A DNA stretch of 64,000 nt from Phyllobates terribilis (GCF_046119375.1 NW_027362765.1:122636001-122700000), one strand, 5' to 3'. Positions 10,736-23,680 are shown, numbered from the stretch's first letter. Program-made: numbers and translations. The notes: generated by a model from the letters alone, not told the origin.

Positions 10736-11820
10736 TGCCTGGGTCCAGCCAGGCTTCCCCCTTGTGTCCAGCCAGGGTTCCCCTTGTGTGTCCATCCAGG
10801 CCCCCCCCTTGTGTGTCCAGCCAGGCCCCCCCTTGTGTGTCCAGCCAGGCCCCCCCTTGTGTGTCCAGCCAGGCCCCCCCTTGTGTGTCCAGCCAGGCCC
10901 CCCCTTGTGTGTCCAGCCAGGCCCCCCCTTGTGTGTCCAGCCAGTGCTCCCCCCTCATGTGTCCAGCCAGGGTTCCTCCTCGTGTGTCCAGCCAGGGATC
11001 CCCCTTGTGTGTCCAGCCAGGGTTCCCCCTTGTGTGTCCAGCCAGGGTTCCCCCTTGCTTGTACAGCCAGGGCCCCCCTTGTGTGTCCAGTCAGCTCCCC
11101 CCTTGTGTGTCCAGCTGGGCCCCCTCTTGTGTGTCCAGCCAGGGTTCCCCCCTTGTGTGTCCAGCCAGGACCCCCCCTTTTGTGTCCAGTCGGCTCCCCC
11201 CTTGTGTGTCCAGCCAGGCTACACCCTTGTGTGTCCAGCCAGGGTTCCCCCCTTGTGTGTCCAGCCAGGACCCCCCCTTTTGTGTCCATCCAGGACCCCC
11301 CTTGTGTGTCCAGCCAGGCTACCCCCTTGTGTGTCTGTCCAGCTGGGCCCCCCCTTTTGTGTCCATCCAGGACCCCCCCTTGTGTGTCCAGCCAGGCTAC
11401 CCCCTTGTGTGTCTGTTCAGCTGGGCCCCCCGTTGTGTGTCCAGCTGGGCCCCCCCTTGTGTGTCCAGCTGGGCCCCTCCTTGTATGTCCAGCTGGGCCC
11501 CCCTTGTATGTCCAGCTGGGCCCCCCCTTCTATGTCCAGCTGGGCCCCCCCTTGTGTGTCCATCCAGGTTCCCCCTTGTGTGTCCAGCCAGGGTTCCCCC
11601 TTGTGTGTACAGCCAGGGCCCCCCCTTGTGTGTCCAGCTAGGCCCCCCCTTGTGTGTCCAGCCAGGGTTCCTCCTTGTGTGTCCAGCCAGGGTTCCCCCC
11701 CCTTTTGTGTCCAGTCGGCTACCCCCTTGTGTGTCCAGCCAGGCTACCCCCTTGTGTGTCCAGCCAGGCTACCCCCTTGTGTGTCTGTCCAGCTGGGCCC
11801 TCCCTTTGTGTGTCCAGCCA
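10736..11820. repeat. C-rich minisatellite, ~24-bp unit
   Basis: Recurrent CTTGTGTGTCCAGCCAGGCCCCCC (period 24 at 10841/10865). Confidence 0.95.
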
Positions 11821-12188
11821 GGGGCCCAAACCATCACACACGCACACACGCACCTCTTACCTTCCCGCTCCCGTGCAGTGTCCTCATTCTCCGGCGGCTG
11901 AGTTGCGCGCCTCCTTCACAGCAGGCGCATGACGATGATGTCATACCCCGGCCGGCGAAGGGAGATGCGCAGCTTCAGCTGCTTCACTGGGACGTGCGCC
12001 GCGGTGGTTCAGGAAATGAACGCCGCGTGCGCGCATCCCTGCATACACTGTGCCTGCGCTTTTAAAGGGCCTGTGCCCCTTAAAACCGCAGGATTTGTTT
12101 TTTGTTCTCTTCTCCCCCTCTCCTCTGCAGCAGGGGGCGGGGCCCACCGGGAAAATTCCCGTTATCCCGCCAGCCCAGTCCGACCCTG

Positions 12189-12627
12189 GCTGGGGCCATG
12201 GAATAAGCTGCTGTTCGGTGGTGCAGGCTGGCAGGAGTAGTCAGGTAGCTGGGTCAGAGCCAAGAAGATACAAAATCAGAATTCGTAAGAATAGTCAGAA
12301 ACACAAGCCGAGGTCAAAACAAGGAACAATGATATAAAAAAGGAGCTAAATAGACAGGACTGAACCAGAGAAGCACTGTCAGTAAGCTGGGAGCTTAAGT
12401 AGGGTGTGGCTGGAGCTCCAATTGGCTGGAGCAGGGAGCTGGATAGCACTCCACACTGTCAGATGGCACTGCAGGTCCCAGCCACCCAAATCTAAATGGC
12501 TGGACAAAGCCTGTGCTGTCCAGAGCTTCTGGTTCCAAAGTCTCTGCTATCACCAGCACCGCCCGCACAATGAATATAGCAGACAAAAGAAGATGTCGCA
12601 GGAGCAGGCCTTGGTGGAGATGTGACA
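12189..12627. mobile_element. Partial LTR-like sequence
   Basis: Ends in ...GTGACA and resembles the neighbouring solo LTR in organisation. Its left side is cut by the minisatellite element. Confidence 0.45.
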
Positions 12628-12723
12628 GCCACTGACAGGATGCTGTATCTCTCAGGAGGTTTATTCAAAGCTACATTACAAATTCATTCTCCTGTTCTGT
12701 TTCCACTTTGGTTTATTTAACCC

Positions 12724-13101
12724 TGTTAGGATCCGGGCCTAGGTTGGAGTAATTATATTGCAACCACTAGGGGCAGCACAGGCAGGTAGCATAGTCAGGG
12801 AAACCAGAGGTCGATACACGGGAGCAGCAGGATTATATGCAATAGCAGCAGGTAGAGAGAAAGCTTGACTAAAGGCTGGAGCTCAATAATCTCACAAGGA
12901 GGAAAGTACAAGGCCAGATTTAAGTAGGGTGTTCAATCAAGGAATCACAGGATGAGCCAATCAGGAAAACACAGGGTGGAGCCGAAGAGAAACAACTGGC
13001 ACTGGTATCTGAACCAGCAGGTAGCTGTTCAGAGAGCTGAATAGCTAAATGGGAAGAGCTGCTGCCTGGTGCACAGGAGTTACCAGGTTTGAGTCCTGAC
13101 A
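12724..13101. mobile_element. Solo LTR, 378 bp
   Basis: TGTTAGG...CCTGACA termini flanked by the 5-bp TSD AACCC. Confidence 0.85.
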
Positions 13102-13330
13102 AACCCTACCTGTCTTATGGAATGTGCCTGTGTTACGTTCTGGACTCATTTTAGGCAACATTCCCCACAATCCAGTGTTTGACAACAGGTTATGTTTGCA
13201 TAAATTTGTGTGTAATGAGCTAATTCTCCTCTGTATTATTGTAAAGTGTTGCCTAGTTGTTGTTCTCTCACTTCTGTCTGCCGCCTGCACTGCCTCACTT
13301 CCCCAATTTCTCATATTACATGAATGCTAC

Positions 13331-14581
13331 TGTAGAGCCCCAAGGTTTCGGTTGCTACAGGGGTATTGCACCTCAACCAGAGGTGTGATATTTCACTCCT
13401 GGGTAAGGATGGAGTATGGACCAGTGCTCAGTAGCTGCATACACACACTCACCCCATTTACGGGGGACAGCTCGACGGTGCTCCCATTTAAATGCAGGCA
13501 TAACTGACCATGTCCCTGGCTGGAGTGGGGAGGGGGGAGAGAACCCAGTGATGTAGGAGCAGAGGGGACGGTTTCTGGAGCATAGGAAGGAGCTCATTGG
13601 GTGCTGGTCACCTGGGCTCAAACACAGAGAAGCAGATAAAAGGTGGGAGCCATCTTAGTTCAGGGTTGAGTACAGTGGAGAAGTGACAGGCAGCAGAGGC
13701 TCTGCAGGAGCTCTGCTCAGAAGGCAGGCCTGGGGTGAAGGCCAGAGCCAGGGAGGAGAAGAGAAGAAGGAGAAGGAAGGAAAGAGGAGAGACAGAGGAG
13801 TAGAAAGGCTCCAGAAACAAGGAGGCAGAAGGGACCCTAAGAGAGAGCAGAACGGACAGCAACCGTTGCAAACCCGCGTTATATTGGGTGAAGGGTCAGG
13901 TCGTGGAAGGGTACCGGATTCCCAAGTTGGTGGAGGTAAATTATCCCTCAGCCAAAAACCGGAGGTCGTGAACATCTATTGGTGCGACCCCCCGCCAAAC
14001 CTGCTAGGAAGGCACCATATAGGATAGCGGGAAACAGGGCCAACGTTTGCCCGCAAAGATCCGCGGCAGCTGGACAGAAGTTTGGTCACTGGCGGGGCAC
14101 GAGAGGCCAGAGAAAGGACAGAAGGGGGTCCTGTGCCATACTCCTGAATTGCCTGGGGGTTGACCGAGCCCCTCACCTGGTGGACGCAGCACGGCTTGGG
14201 CACTCATTGCTGACAGAAATGACATGGATAACAACTGTGAGTAAAACCCTGGACTGCGTCATTGGACTCTGTGTTATTTATGCTGCGCCTGCACCATTAC
14301 CCCCAGCATCCTATTACACTGCCCTGAGGCTATACTCTTCCCGTGGGGAGTTGTCCTATCCCTCTGCTGCACACCAACACCAGCCTCAGCGGTCTGCCAT
14401 GCAGCGGCGGTCATCCCTGACCGCAATCCACGGGTGGCGTAGTCTGACATTCTAAACCCTATAAATAGACTGCCGCCATTTGGTCTGACCACCCTGAGCC
14501 ATGGGATCGGGTTGCCACTACTACTCCCATCATCGTACCGAAGCCCGGTTCCGGGTGCCCCATGGCCCAGGGGGCGAGTCA
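13331..14581 (+). mobile_element. Solo LTR, ~1.25 kb (Gypsy-type)
   Basis: TGTAG...GAGTCA termini with the 4-bp TSD CTAC. Homologous to 22250-23261 plus 35492-35719 and to 5595-6807. Confidence 0.88.
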
Positions 14582-16039
14582 CTACCAAAGCTGACCTTTT
14601 GTATGTTTGTCTGACCATGAATTTGAAGTCTTGATGTGGCACTGAGAACTGATGATATCTTATCAACCCCACACTGTTGGTCATTGAGTCTACACCTGAA
14701 GCAATGAGATCTATCTGTGGTGACCCAGAGGATCCACTAACCCGGTAGGCTTTGTTCCAGAATGAGGGGGCTCATGAGTCAAGCGTTTTCATGAGCTGCG
14801 CTCAATCTCCAAACACAAAGCCTTATTGACGAGCTTCTTTAAGTGCACCTCCTCCATGCTGCTGCTGAATTTTCATATTGCTCAGTACAAGCTGCAGCTG
14901 TCTGGCTGGGTTGGCAAAGGTTAAGTTTAGCTCATCAATACACCAGACACCTAAGCTTTCTTATTCTATGTTGGCTCAGAAATACTCTTTTCTTTACATT
15001 TTCCAAAAAGTTGGTACAGGCATTCTGAAATGTTTTGTTTTTTTCAGAAATCTGTATTTAGAAATTTGATGATAGATCTGATATAGCCAGTTCGAGAATT
15101 GGTTATGCCCCTCATATCCCTTTTAATTTCATAACCGGGCACAATTTTTTTTTTTTGCAATATCAGAGGAAAATGTAAGGAAAAAAAGGTAATACATGGC
15201 AACGCGCGCTGTTACATTCATGAAGTGCGATCGAACATGCTCATATTAAACCAAAACTGTATCACTGTTTAAGAGACATTTCTAGTTCACAGGCGTTTCT
15301 GAGGTTGTCACTGCTTTTCCCAATCAGTGGCATCACAAAGTTGAAGAAATGGGTCATTTACTCATTTTTATTTTGTTTTATGGCTTTATGGATTAGACTC
15401 CTCTACGGTTCATCACCAATGCTGGGCGTTCATGAAGTTCTCATTTTTATTTGGAAGAGATATATAGGGAGTATGGGAAATGTTAATTGGCATTATCACT
15501 TGCATTTACAATTAATTTTTTATTTTTTTTCTCATACAAAAGAAGGAATGTTCCCACCCCCCTATGTGCACATAGGGTGTTAAAGGAGTCAAGCTGAGAA
15601 GTTTAAAGCCACCTTAATTATAATGCTGGCTATGAATGTATCATCTTCAGACTGGTGTCCGTATATACATCACAGTGAAGCATATTCTGCGCTAATTACT
15701 GTCCTTCTACTGTCAGGCACAATAAGGATCCAGACAAGTACATCTGTGGCCTAAGACACATCTCAAAGATAATAGTACACCTGTCTCTATACTGATATCT
15801 CTGTTTTCTCACTGATCAAGAAGCCTGAAGATGGGTCTTCGCTATTCAGATGACATCAGTTCATGTTGTAGCTACATTATAGAAATAAAAAGGCCACAAT
15901 GAGTCTTCACTTTGACATAAAATATGACACTAATGGCAACAGAGGATGTATTTTTTCCAGTCCAACTATTTATCCTGAATTACCTATAAATAAAAAAATG
16001 CCACAAAATAAATCTTATACATTTGAATAAAAATTAATC

Positions 16040-16345
16040 CTACAAACAAAAGAATACAGCAGCACTCTGCAACCACTAAGATGTATGCAAACATTGAATA
16101 TATGAAATCTGAACTGCATTACCGCTATATAGAATATACATATAAAATGAAGGTTGTTATTGTTAGAGCATAAATTCAACAATTCATGAGAGCCTACCAG
16201 TCTGACAAGGCGTACCTTACTGTTTGAGATAAATCGCCAGATATAATTTTTATAATTACATTCTATATACTGTAGCAGTAATGCAGTTCAAATTTCATAT
16301 GTTTGCATACATGTTAGACGCTGCTGTATTCTTTTGTTTGAATAT
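16040..16345. repeat. Fold-back repeat element with inverted arms (CAAAAGAATACAGCAGC ... GCTGCTGTATTCTTTTG)
   Basis: The right arm is a deleted reverse complement of the left arm. The same family occurs on the minus strand at 20581-21723. Confidence 0.7.
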
Positions 16346-16486
16346 TAAGCAGTCATAGCAGCTTACACCTGTTCACACTTGCTTTATTTTTTTCGGAGGT
16401 TCTGGTCAGTTTTTTTTTTTTGTAGTATACTATTGGAGGTTTCGACTGCCTCCTTTTCTGACTGAGCACTGCTCCCATCAGCCTAA

Positions 16487-16844
16487 GGCCTCATTCACAT
16501 GTCCGTTTTTAAACATGTACGCGAAAAACTGGTATGGGTGTCATCAATGTGTCCGTTTTTACCTTGAGTGTGTCATCGGTGTTTCTCACAGATGGATAAA
16601 GAAATAAATAAATGACATAGATTTTCTTTTATCCTTTGCAATGTTAAATATGGACAGCACACAGATGCCATCCGTGTGCAGTATGTGTTTTTCACTGACC
16701 CGTAGACTTGTATTGGCCCTTTTCATCCGTGCTGATGGAAAAAACATATATTTGAATAGCACCCTAGATTATAATGTGTATGTTTTGTATCCGTGAAAAA
16801 ACGGATAGAACATGTACGTGCAACATGGACATGTGGCTGAGGCT
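16487..16844. mobile_element. MITE, PIF/Harbinger-like
   Basis: Imperfect TIR GGCCTCATTCACATGTCC / GGACATGTGGCTGAGGC; preceded by TAA. Confidence 0.6.
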
Positions 16845-18326
16845 TTCGGCTGTTTTTAATGAATGCTGGATTTTACATACCCTTTAACCCCTTTCTGGCC
16901 CAGGACGTACTAATACGTATCTGTGCCCTGGACCTTATGGGCCTGATACATATTAATACGCCCTGGCAATTTGGCCCGCACACAAGCGATGCGGGTGAGA
17001 TCGCCGCCGGGTGTCAGCTGATTGTCACAGTTGACACCCGGTGCTATGCGCAGGGAGCGGTCCCGCACTGCTCCCTGCACACTAACTCCCGAAATGCTGC
17101 GATCGAAATTGATAGCAGCATTCCAGTGGCAAGTGGAGGTAAGCACGATACTGCCGGCGTCCCGCGGCGTCTGAGTCCGGTCCCGGAAATTGTCATGGTG
17201 ACCCGATGTCATCATGACAACATCCAGGTCACCAGGATGCAGAGGCAGGATGTTACTTTAGTCATGCGCAGTGTGCGACCAAAGTAACTTCTCCCTGTGC
17301 AGCGCTGCCAGGTTGCATAGCACAGGGATGGTGCTGCATTCCTGTGCTATACAGCCGATCAGGCTGCAAAAAGTGAAAGTCCCACAGTGGGACAAAGTAT
17401 AAAAGTAATAAAAATGTCAGAAAGTGAAAAAAATAAATAAAAAAAATATAAAAAAATAATCAAAAAGAAAAAATATATATATTGTACCCATAAATAAATT
17501 ATCTTATGAAAAAAAAAAAAAAAAACATATAAAAGTACACATATTTGGTATTTCCGCATCCAGAACGACCTTACCTATAAAATTGTCCTGCTAGTTAACC
17601 AGTTTAGTGAACACGGTAAGAAAAATAAATAAAAAACGAAACATAAAACGATGCTTTATCATCATACCGCCAAACAAAAAATGGAATAAAACGCGATCAA
17701 AAAGATGAATGTAAATAAAAATGGTACCACTGAAAACATCATCTTGTCCTGCAAAAAACATGCCACCATACAGCTCCAACGGCCAAAAAATAAAAAAGTT
17801 ATAGCTCTCAGAATAAAGCGATGCAAAAACAATTCTTTTTTCTATAAAATAGTTTTTATTGTGTAAAAGTACCAAAACATAAAAAAAAATATAAATGTGG
17901 TACCGCTGTAAATGTACTGACCCGAAGAACAAATCTGCCTTATCAATTCTACCACACGCAGAACGGCATAAAAAAAAAACTATTCCTGAATTGTTGGTTT
18001 TTGCTTATTCTGCCTACAAAAATCGGAATAGAAAGCGATCAAAAAATGTCGCGTGTCCGAAAATGGTACCAATAAAAATGTCAACTTGTCCAACAAAAAA
18101 TAAGCTATCACATGACTCTGGCGGCCGAAATATGGAAAAATTATAGCTCCCAAAATATGTTGATGCAAAAACTAGTCTTTGCAAAAAAGAAAAGGTTTTT
18201 TTAGTGTGTGACAGCTGTCAATCATAAAAACTCGATATGAATCTAGTATCGTTGTAATTGCACCGACCTGAAGAATAAAGTCGTCTAATCACTTATACTG
18301 CACGAGGAACGGCGTAAAAAATAAAC

Positions 18327-18848
18327 TTTAGGGTTAGGATTGTGCTAGGGTTTGGGTTAGGGTTGTGCTACGGTTAGGGTTGTGCTAGGGTTAGGGTTGT
18401 GCTAGGGTTAGGGTTGGGCCAGGGTTAGGATTGAGCTAGGGTTAGGGTTGAGCTACGGTTATTGTTGAGTTAGGCTTGGGCTAGGGGTAGGGTTGGGCTA
18501 TGGGTAGGGTTGGGCTATGGGTAGGGTAGGGCTAGTGTTAGTGTTGTGCTAGGGTTAGGGTTGTAATAGGGTTAGGGTAGGGCTAGGGTTAGGGTTGTGT
18601 TAGGGTTAGAGTTGTGCTAGGGTTAGTGTTGTTCTAGGGCTAGGGTTGTGCTAGGGTTAGGGTTGTGCTAGGGTTAGGGTTGTGCTAGGGTTAGGCTAGG
18701 GTTAGAGTTAGGCTAGGGTTAGGGTTAGGCTAGGGTTAGGGTTGGGCAAGGGTTAGGGTTGGGCTAGAGTTAGGGTTGGGCTAGGGTAAGGGTTGGGCTA
18801 AGGTTAGTGTTGGGCTAGGGTTGGGGTTGTTTTAGGGTTGGGGTTGTG
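18327..18848 (+). repeat. Degenerate telomere-like (TTAGGG)n array inside the piggyBac-like element
   Basis: TTAGGG mixed with CTAGGG, TTGGG and GTTGTGCTAGGG variants. Confidence 0.9.
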
Positions 18849-18890
18849 ATTTTTTCAGAAGTAAAAAAAAAATGACAATGATATAGCGAC

Positions 18891-19201
18891 TAATGTTGAG
18901 CGCAAGTGCTCGCTACTTGAGTTTGCACTGGGTGCTCGGGTATGCACGAAGTAAAGTGGGTGCTCGAGTGACATGCTTGAGTCTCTGCCCCAAATGTTTT
19001 GCAGCTGTTATACAGCCAAAAAACCTCACAGGGATTGCCTGCCATACACGAGCGATCCCCGCATGTTTTTTTTTGGGTGTCTAATAACCATGAAACATGG
19101 GGGGCGAGGACTCGAGCATGTCACTTGAGCACCCGCGATACTTGGTGCATACCCGAGTACCCGATGCAAACTCAAGTAGCGAGCACTTGCACTCAAGACT
19201 A
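18891..19201. mobile_element. hAT-type MITE
   Basis: Long TIRs (consensus TAGTGTTGAGCGCAAGTGCTCGCTACTTGAGTTTGCA) and a decayed 8-bp TSD ATAGCGAC/ATAACAAC. Confidence 0.85.
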
Positions 19202-20580
19202 ATAACAACCTATTCAATATGATGACCTAATGTTATCAAATTCTGTGTCGTACCTCTGGGTTCAAAATGTTCACTATACCCCTTGATAAAATCCTTGAGG
19301 AGTATAGTTTCCAAAATGGAGTCACTTGGGGGGGGGGGTTTCCACTATTTAGGCACATCATGGAGTCCCCAAACGCAACATGGCGTCCTCTAATTATTCA
19401 AACAAATTTTACATTCAAAAAGTCAAATGGCGCTTCTTCCCTTCCGAACCCAGCCGTGCTCCCAAACAGTGGTTTTCCCCCACATATGGGGTATTGGCAT
19501 AGTGCAATTTCTCCTGTTACCCTTATGAAAATGCAAAATTGGGGGCTGAAAAACATTTTTGTGGGAAAAATGTTAAAATTTTATTTTTATGGCTCAATGT
19601 TATAAACTTCTGTGAAGCACCTGGGGGTTCAAAGTGCTCACCACACATTTAGATAAGTTCCCTGAGGGGTCTAGTTTCCAAAATGGTGTCACTTGGGGGG
19701 GTTTCCACTGTTTAGGCACATCAGGGGCTCTCCAAACGCAACATGGTGTCAGCTAATTCAAGCAAATTTTACTTTCAAAAAGTCAAATGGCGCTCCTTCC
19801 CTTCCGAACCCTGCCGTGCGCCCAAACAATGTTTTTTCCTCACATATAGGGTATCTGCGTGCTCAGGGGAAATTGCACAACAAATTTTGGGGTCCATTTT
19901 TTCCGGTTACCCCTGCAAAAATAAAAAGATTGGGTCTAAAGTAAAATTTTTTTTAAAAAAGTTAAATGTTCATTTTTTTCTTCCATATTCCAAAAATTCC
20001 TGTGAAGCACCTTAAGGGTTAATAAACTTCTTGAATGTGGTTTTGAGCACCTTGAGGGGTGCAGTTTTTAGAATGGTGTCACTTTTGGGTATTTTCTGTC
20101 ATAAATTCCCCTCAAAGTGACTTCAAATGTGATGTGGTCCCTAGAAAAATTGATTTGAAAATTTTGTTGTAAAAATGAGAAATCGCTGGTCAATTTTTAA
20201 CCCTTATAGCTCCCTAATAAAAAAAAATGTTGTTTCCAAAATTGTGCTGATGTAAAGTAGACATGTGGGGAATGTTATTTATTAACTATTTTGTGCAACA
20301 TATGTCTCTGATTTAAGGGCATAAAAATTAAAATTTTGAAAATTGCGAAATTTTCAAAATTTTCACCAAATGTCCGATTTTTTCACAAATAAACGCAAGT
20401 GATATCGAAGAAATTTTACCACTATCATGAAGTGCAATATGTCACGAAAACACTAACTCAGAATCAGTGGGATCCGTTGAAGCGTTCCAGAGTAATTACC
20501 TCATAAAGTGACAGTGGTCACAATTGTAAAAATTTTCCCGGTCATTAATGTGCAACCACCCTCGGGGTTAAAGAGGTTAA

Positions 20581-21723
20581 AGTTGTAAGTTTTTAGCCTG
20601 GAGGAGGCATGTTTGATAAATATTAGGTTTAGAGTCCCATCAAAGAAAGGTACACCTTGTCGAGCCTGGTGGGCTCTCATGAATTGGTCAATTTGTGCGT
20701 TAAGTAGCTTCATTTTATAAGTATATTCTATATAGCAGTAATGTAGTCCAAACCTCATATATTCAATGTTTGCATATGTAAGGATGGTGGACAATGACTG
20801 TCATGTTCCTACCTCTGCAGACACCAATCACATTGTATTGTAGTGTAAAGCATGTCCTGTGTCTTTTGGTATGTATTGTGTATTGTGATATGGTAATGTG
20901 TAGTGTGTAAGTAATGTAAAGGTAATGCATTGTGTTGGTAGTGCACAGTATAAGATAGCATAGGGTAAGACATAGTTTAGGACTTAGGACATAAGATAGG
21001 TAATATAAGATAGTTGACTGTAGCTAGGTAGTGAAGTTAGGGTAAGGAAAGAGTTAATGTTTGGGGCTAGCCCATAGTGGGAGGATATTAGTGTCAGGGC
21101 AGGTGATGGCTTCCTAGAGATAGGGAGTTGGGGCTGTATAGCAAGAGAGAATACACAGTGTTCTGGGCAATACGAGACCTCACTAGAATTCCCTGGGTGA
21201 AAATACTCCTGCAACATCTGGAGCTCAATGCTCGATTTTGGTGCTATGTTGAGCACTTTAACCCCTACCATGCACAGGAAGATTGACGTGGATTGGTGGG
21301 TGGGAGAGGTAAAGGACCTCGGACATACAGCGGGACTGGGCTGGGGATCCCTGGAACTGACAGGACCAGCGAAAGCATGGATAGTTCAAGCAGAACAAAA
21401 GGAAATTCTTGAAGTGTACTATGTGGTGGAAACAAGAAACAGAAAGAGTTGTGCCTAATACTACGAGTTGCAATATGATGGACACGGACTGTTGAGTAAA
21501 CTTCTTTCTCTTTAAATGAACTGAGTGTCCCCTGATTCATGTGCGACTGCTCCTGAAACTAAAGACGTCTAGACAGCTGAGGTCTGCGGCCTACAAGTGA
21601 GTCTACTGCACCCCACACACAACAGCATGGAACAACAGCTTGCCCATGACTACCGCCCTCCGGCACCCTACACATACATCTTAGTGCTTACAGAGTGCTG
21701 CTGTATTCTTTTGTCTGTATATT
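20581..21723 (-). repeat. Member of the 16040-16345 repeat family, interrupted by a solo LTR
   Basis: The reverse complement of 20640-20776 and 21673-21720 matches 16050-16230. Confidence 0.7.
20777..21672. mobile_element. Solo LTR, 896 bp
   Basis: TGTAAGG...CCCTACA termini with the 4-bp TSD CATA. Removing it rejoins the host repeat. Confidence 0.8.
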
Positions 21724-23261
21724 GTAGGGGGTAGAAGAAGATGTTGAGTCAAGAAAAGTTAATGGGAACAATAACGACTAAATGTTTTTATGGTTAAATG
21801 TGTTTTATAAAGTTTTGTATTTTATCCTTATGGCCGTTTTGTGTCTCGGTTTTCCTGGAGGTTTTACCTTAAGGCTGTCTCTGGGGAACGGGGAGGGCTG
21901 ACGACTAGGGGAACCATTAGAAGGCATAAGGATATAGTTTGCATTACTTAGGGTAGTATATAGTTAACATCTTGGGATTAGCTCATATACTGAGAGGGAT
22001 TAGATCAGATAAGAAAGGGAAGCACTTCCTGCTTTAGTCAGGAGAGTTCAGTCAAGTTCAAAGTAAAGTGCTAGTGGAAGAATTTACTATAATGTCTAGT
22101 AAAGAGAAAGTGTTTCCCATAAAGGGAAGTTGAATAATGCTGGCCGTTTTCTAATGTAAAAAGTTTTGAAAAAGTTTTGCATGTCTTGTAAATCAAATGT
22201 TTTTGCTCTTTTCCAGCCCGATGACGTGCTGTGGTTTACCAGGGGGGAATGTAGCGCCCCGAGGGTTCGGTTGCTACAGGGGTATTGCACCTCAAGCAGA
22301 GGTGTGGTATTCCACTCCCGGGTAAGGATGGAGTATGGACCAGGGCTCAGTTAGCTGCACACATATACACTCCTCATTTTCGGGGGACAGCTCTACGGTG
22401 CTCCCATTAGTATGCAGGTACAACTGACTATGTCCCTGGCTGGAGTGGGGAGGGGGGGGGGACCCTAGTGATGTGGGAGCAGATAGGGGCTGGTTTCTGG
22501 GAATACGAAGGAGCTCATTGGATGCAGGTCACCTGGGCTCAGACATGGAGGAGGAGGTATAAAAGGTGGGCACCATCTTAGTTCTGAGAGAAGTCGAGTC
22601 TGTGAGGAGGAAGTGAGAGTGGAGGAGAAGGGGAGCAGAGGCTCTGCTGGAGTTCTGCTCCAGAGCCAGGCCTAGGGACACGGGCAGGGCGAGAGGGAGA
22701 AAAGAGAAAGGAACAGAACAGAAAGAGAAGGAACCAAAAGAATAGAAAGGCCCAGAAACACGAAGGTAGAAGGGACCCTAAGGACCCAGGAGATTACGGG
22801 TGATGGGTCAGGCAAGAAAAGGGTACCGGATCCCAAGTTGGTGGAGGCAAATAATCCTTAGCCAAGAACCGGAGGTCGTGATCATCTATTGGTGTGACCC
22901 CTCGCTAAACCTACTAGGAAGGCACCACATAGGGCCAGGGAAGCTGGCGCCAAGTTCTCCCAGAGAAGGCCCGAGGCAGCCGGACAGAAGTTTGGTCACT
23001 GGTGGGGCACGGCCAGAGGAAGGGAGTTCTGTGCCATACTCCTGAATTGCCTGGGGGTTGACCGAGCCCCTCACCTGGTGGACGCAGCACGGCTTGGGCA
23101 GTCACTACCTGTACAGAAGTGGCTTGGAGTATACGAACTGTGAGTAAAAGACCCTGGACTGCAACACGTTGTTGTTGTGTTTCTTACTGCGCCAGCACTA
23201 ACGGTACTGGGACGCCCTGCACCACAACCCCCACCATCTACGCTCACTGCCCTGAGGCTAC
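21724..23261 (+). mobile_element. Gypsy-type 3' internal end, polypurine tract and LTR (5' part), split by hAT copy 2
   Basis: AGGGGGGAA lies directly before TGTAGCGCCCC at 22250. The LTR is homologous to 13331-14581 and resumes at 35492. Confidence 0.8.
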
Positions 23262-23469
23262 TAGAGATGAGCGTTGTTCTACTCGAACTGTTCGCCAATC
23301 TCAAATTCGAGCTGTTTTGGGCGGTGTTCGAGCCGGTCGGCGAACACGAACAATTTGAGAAAAATTCGGCTGTTCGAGGTTATGTTCGATAACTGTTCGT
23401 GCACCAAAATCATAACTGGATTTTTTCTCAGTAATGATGAAAATTAATGTTAATACGCAGTTTGAGTGT

Positions 23470-23680
23470 ACAGCGGGGCGGGGGGAGGGGCAGGGGATGG
23501 ATCTCTGCAGGAACAATGAAGATCTCCATTTTTTTTTCTCTTTCCCGCATTTGCAGTGGGGAGGTGCAATCTGTCAGCCTATCAGCAGCGCACACACGGA
23601 GCGAAGTGCTTTTTTTCACACAAGCAAGGGCATGTGTGATTGGCAGTGTATGTCACATGTCCTTGCCCTATAAGACCAAG
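23470..23680 (+). promoter_or_regulatory. Candidate Pol II promoter of the hAT transposase
   Basis: GC box GGGGCGGGGG (~23475), inverted CCAAT (ATTGG, 23639) and TATAAG (23669), correctly oriented upstream of the ORF. Motif-only inference. Confidence 0.35.

Larger units (their letters stand above)
9220..12188. mobile_element. Non-autonomous minisatellite-bearing element with a hAT-like end (left end outside the visible region)
   Basis: Ends in CCCAGTCCGACCCTG (reverse complement CAGGGTCGGACTGGG, a hAT-like CAGGG terminus). Contains two minisatellites. Confidence 0.55.
16888..20576. mobile_element. Non-autonomous piggyBac-like element
   Basis: TTAA on both sides (16884-16887, 20577-20580) with CCCCTT...AAGAGG ends. 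Shares long internal blocks with 41301-45761. No transposase ORF. Confidence 0.8.

Noticed and set aside
9867-12065. Long Cys/Pro-rich ORFs (up to 595 aa), superficially like keratin-associated or mucin proteins
   Set aside because: They arise in several frames and on both strands from stop-poor minisatellite units inside a repeat element.
18327-18848. True chromosome end
   Set aside because: The array is short, degenerate and internal to a TTAA-bounded element.
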